This document shows, one piece after another, positions 34,712 to 37,249 of a stretch of DNA of 37,249 nucleotides. The DNA is from Minisyncoccota bacterium (GTDB taxonomy: Bacteria; Patescibacteriota; Minisyncoccia; Phycocordibacterales; EsbW-18), in NCBI GenBank assembly GCA_033811555.1, contig JAPXOG010000005.1, forward strand, positions 1 to 37,249, read 5' to 3'. Each line of letters begins with the position of its first letter. Position 1 is the first letter of the stretch. The position numbers and the translations under genes are program-made. A model generated the notes under the pieces. The model made no database searches, was not told the origin of the DNA, and worked only from the letters and a program-made list of their open reading frames with translations.

Positions 34712-35782
34712 ATGTCAAAAGTATATAAAAAAGGCACGACTGTTCCACGCGCAGGTTCTGCGTTTTCATTTAATCCAAAACAGGTCAATAAACGTCTTCT
34801 TGGTACGCTTTCTGATCGTGCTCGTGATGTGTTGACGAAGCGATATGGACTTGGAGATAGTAGCAAGCGAATGACACTAGAGGCAATAGGTGAGCAGTAT
34901 GGTATTACACGTGAGCGTGTTCGACAAATTGAAAATTACGCAATAGCAAGTATCAGAAAATCCGAAGCATATGAAAAGGAAGTCGGATCATTTTTGGAGA
35001 TTAAAGAGGAGATCTTGTTTTATGGAGGGATTGCAAGTGAAAAAAATTTTCTTGAACACATTTCAAGTGATTTAAGTGTGCAAAATCATGTATACTTCAT
35101 GTTAGTAGTGGGTCATTTATTTGAGAAACGAAAAGAAGATGATAGTTTTTATCACAGATGGTATGTTGACGGTAATATAGCAAACATAGTTGAAGATGCC
35201 CTTCAGAAATTATATTCATCTCTTCCTGATGAAGAACTTTTGTCAGAACATGATATTATCTCTTCATTTCTAGATCCTTTGAAAGATATTACGGAAGAGT
35301 ATCGTAATGAAGAAGTGGCTCGTCGCTGGCTGACTCTTTCAAAAAAAATCGGTAGTAATCCGTTGGGTGAATGGGGTCATGCAGAATCGCCGAATGTAAC
35401 TCCTAAAGGTATTCGTGATTATGCATACTTGGCAATTCGTAACCACGGATCACCTCTGCATTTCTCAGAAGTAAGTAATCGTATAAACGAATTGTTTCAA
35501 AAAAAGGCTCATGTTGCCACTACGCACAATGAACTTATAAAAGATAAACGTTTGGTGCTTGTTGGGCGTGGTTTGTATGCACTTTCTGAATGGGGATATG
35601 TTGAAGGAGTTGTGCGAGATGTTATCAAAAAAATCCTTTCTGAGTATCAACCACTTTCTCGTGATCAAATAGTAGAAAAGGTTCTTAAAGAGAGATATGT
35701 TAAACCAAACACAATTGTTGTAAATCTTCAAGATTCGAAGTATTTTGTGAGGAACCAAGATGGAACCTATTCACTTGCATAG
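34712..35782 (+). CDS. DNA-binding protein with sigma-70 region 4 at the N-terminus and a HARE-HTH (RpoE-delta-like) domain near the C-terminus
   Basis: LSDRARDVLTKRYGLGDSSKRMTLEAIGEQYGITRERVRQIENYAIASIRK is a region 4.2 pattern. IRDYAYLAIRNHGSPLHFSEVSNRI...KDKRLVLVGRGLYALSEWGY is a HARE-HTH pattern. No sigma region 2 is visible. Confidence 0.7.
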   Translation: MSKVYKKGTTVPRAGSAFSFNPKQVNKRLLGTLSDRARDVLTKRYGLGDSSKRMTLEAIGEQYGITRERVRQIENYAIASIRKSEAYEKEVGSFLEIKEEILFYGGIASEKNFLEHISSDLSVQNHVYFMLVVGHLFEKRKEDDSFYHRWYVDGNIANIVEDALQKLYSSLPDEELLSEHDIISSFLDPLKDITEEYRNEEVARRWLTLSKKIGSNPLGEWGHAESPNVTPKGIRDYAYLAIRNHGSPLHFSEVSNRINELFQKKAHVATTHNELIKDKRLVLVGRGLYALSEWGYVEGVVRDVIKKILSEYQPLSRDQIVEKVLKERYVKPNTIVVNLQDSKYFVRNQDGTYSLA

Positions 35783-35821
35783 AATAAAACACTATTGAAA
35801 TACATTCTTATGGAGCGGTTG

Positions 35822-35830
35822 TGGTAGTAT
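35822..35830 (+). promoter_or_regulatory. Extended -10 (TGgTAGTAT) 8 nt upstream of the ATG at 35839
   Basis: TGGTAGTAT at 35822-35830, spacer ggaggtgt, ATG at 35839. Confidence 0.45.
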
Positions 35831-35838
35831 GGAGGTGT

Positions 35839-37134
35839 ATGGAAGCTTTTCTAGAATCAATTCGCACATCGTTTGTATCGGCGTGGGGTATCATCGTTAT
35901 TTTTTTCCGCTTTGCCCCATACTGGGCACCAGTTTTTTTTGTGTTTGCTGGATGGAAATCATGGATGCGGTATCGTCGTGCGTTGTTTCTTTCCAAAAAA
36001 GAACCTGTACTATTGGAAATTCGTCTACCTAAAGAAATTGATAAGTCTCCACTTGCAATGGAGATGGTGTTAAATGCATTGTTTGCCACAGGAGGAGAAG
36101 GAACTTGGAAAGATAGATATTGGCTCGGAGGAGTGCGTCCGTGGTTTTCTTTGGAGCTCGTATCTCTTGAGGGGCGAGTTAAATTTTTTATTTGGACATG
36201 GAGAGATAGCGTGAAGTCAATACAAAACAGCATTTATGCGCAGTATCCGATGACTGAAGTTGTTGAAGTGTCCGATTACACTCTCGCATTTTTATATGAT
36301 CCAGATAAAGCAGACATTTCTGCCGCGGAGTTTGTATTGAGTAAGGCAGATCCATACCCTATTAAAACATATGTAGATTATAAGTTAGATAAAGATCCTA
36401 AGGAAGAATACAAGATAGATCCAATGGCCCCCGTGTTGGAGTATCTAGGTGGACTTGGAAAGGGGGAACAGGCTTGGATACAAATAATAGTTCGTGCACA
36501 TAAAAAAGAAGATAGCAAGAAGGGGTCTTTGTTTAGCTTATTTTCCTCATTTGAGGATGTCTTCGATGTGGGTAAAAAAATAAAAGAACATTTTGAAAAA
36601 ACGGATCAATGGAAAGATGATGTGAAGAAAGAGGTGGATTCTATAATCAAAAAACGCAAAATTAAAAGTGGAAAAGATGAAGAATTTGGTATGGTTCAGT
36701 TAACTGACGTGGAGAAAGATATGATTACTGCTCTGGAACGTAGTATTACAAAATTGCCATTTGATGTTGGAATAAGGACCATTTATTTAGCAGAACAAGA
36801 GTATTTTAATAAGAGTAATAAAGGAGCTTTGAATGGGGTATTTGCACAATACAACACTCAACATTTAAATGGTTTCAAGAAAGTAAATGGAACAAGTTTT
36901 GATTACGATATTCAAGATCCGTTTGGATGGCGTGTGGCACGTATGAAGCGAGAAATGTTTGAGGCTTATCGATTGCGTAGTTATTTCCATCCACCTTTTA
37001 AGAGAAATCATTATGTGCTTAACTCAGAAGAATTGGCTACTATTTACCACTTTCCTGGTGGTACTGTGGCAACACCCACGTTTGCACGCATAGAATCGCA
37101 GAAGGCGGAACCTCCTATGAACTTGCCGATATAG
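35839..37134 (+). CDS. Hypothetical membrane protein (two N-terminal TM helices plus a large soluble domain)
   Basis: MEAFLESIRTSFVSAWGIIVIFFRFAPYWAPVFFVFAGW, then ...LLEIRLPKEIDKSPLAMEMVLNALF...FSLELVSLEGRVKFFIWT...IYAQYP. No family named with confidence. The start is moved from the GTG at 35821 to the ATG at 35839 because the GTG overlaps the -10 box. Confidence 0.7.
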   Translation: MEAFLESIRTSFVSAWGIIVIFFRFAPYWAPVFFVFAGWKSWMRYRRALFLSKKEPVLLEIRLPKEIDKSPLAMEMVLNALFATGGEGTWKDRYWLGGVRPWFSLELVSLEGRVKFFIWTWRDSVKSIQNSIYAQYPMTEVVEVSDYTLAFLYDPDKADISAAEFVLSKADPYPIKTYVDYKLDKDPKEEYKIDPMAPVLEYLGGLGKGEQAWIQIIVRAHKKEDSKKGSLFSLFSSFEDVFDVGKKIKEHFEKTDQWKDDVKKEVDSIIKKRKIKSGKDEEFGMVQLTDVEKDMITALERSITKLPFDVGIRTIYLAEQEYFNKSNKGALNGVFAQYNTQHLNGFKKVNGTSFDYDIQDPFGWRVARMKREMFEAYRLRSYFHPPFKRNHYVLNSEELATIYHFPGGTVATPTFARIESQKAEPPMNLPI

Positions 37135-37136
37135 TT

Positions 37137-37249
37137 ATGCGACGCACGTATTTTATTGTTGTTATTGTAGGTATAGTGTCTCTGTGTATCGCTTTTTTTC
37201 AAGTTCCAAAATATACTCTCCATCCTAAGGTATTGTCTATACCTAAAGG
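37137..37249 (+). CDS. Partial ORF (5' end only) encoding an N-terminal TM helix; runs off the window
   Basis: ATG at 37137, 2 nt after the preceding stop. Encodes MRRTYFIVVIVGIVSLCIAFFQVPKYTLHPKVLSIPK... and is open to the window edge. Confidence 0.35.
   Translation, partial: MRRTYFIVVIVGIVSLCIAFFQVPKYTLHPKVLSIPK

Noticed and set aside
1-37249. Alternative genetic code (UGA as Gly, as in Gracilibacteria/Absconditabacteria), considered because only an RF1-type release factor is seen in the window.
   Set aside because: TGA terminates rpiB, fba, the transglycosylase gene, prfA and livM at positions matching normal protein ends. No conserved gene needs in-frame TGA read-through. RF2 is presumably encoded elsewhere.

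Overview
A 37.2-kb, moderately AT-rich chromosomal segment with nearly all genes on the + strand. It uses the standard genetic code: TAA, TAG and TGA each end well-conserved genes. Several traits fit a reduced-genome Patescibacteria/CPR (Parcubacteria-like) bacterium, though that taxonomic call is inference. These are a split transketolase, a 154-aa EF-Ts, a 239-aa PheS, a DUF5671-type membrane protein, a sigma-region-4/HARE-HTH protein, a pentose-phosphate plus lower-glycolysis cluster, and almost no Shine-Dalgarno sequences. Gene order: gatB; an orphan GC-richer small gene (-); gap-rpiB-rpe-like-tktN-tktC; a PfkB-family kinase (-) divergent from class II fba; rplY(ctc); a coiled-coil lytic transglycosylase; rpmE; prfA; rpsB-tsf; a basic membrane ORF; tRNA-Thr(UGU); pheS-pheT; gyrB; a CARDB protein, a sortase and a 1114-aa repeat surface protein; a 71-aa TM protein; ychF; a SET-domain remnant; a lower-GC livH-livM-SBP-livG-livF ABC transporter block; a GC-rich candidate ncRNA (-); a DUF5671-like protein; leuS; a sigma-r4/HARE-HTH protein; a membrane protein; and a partial ORF at the right edge. 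Four things deserve a second look. (1) A roughly 170-aa NlpC/P60 domain with an intact Cys-His-His triad is inserted in the B5 domain of PheT. (2) In the sortase locus, the giant substrate carries a complete sorting signal (IPYTG, TM segment, RRR) in the middle of the protein, followed by about 300 more residues. (3) A promoter- and terminator-bounded GC-rich RNA candidate could not be classified. (4) A -10 box recurs 6-9 nt upstream of ATG starts, implying widespread leaderless mRNAs. No CRISPR array, transposase or integrase was seen.
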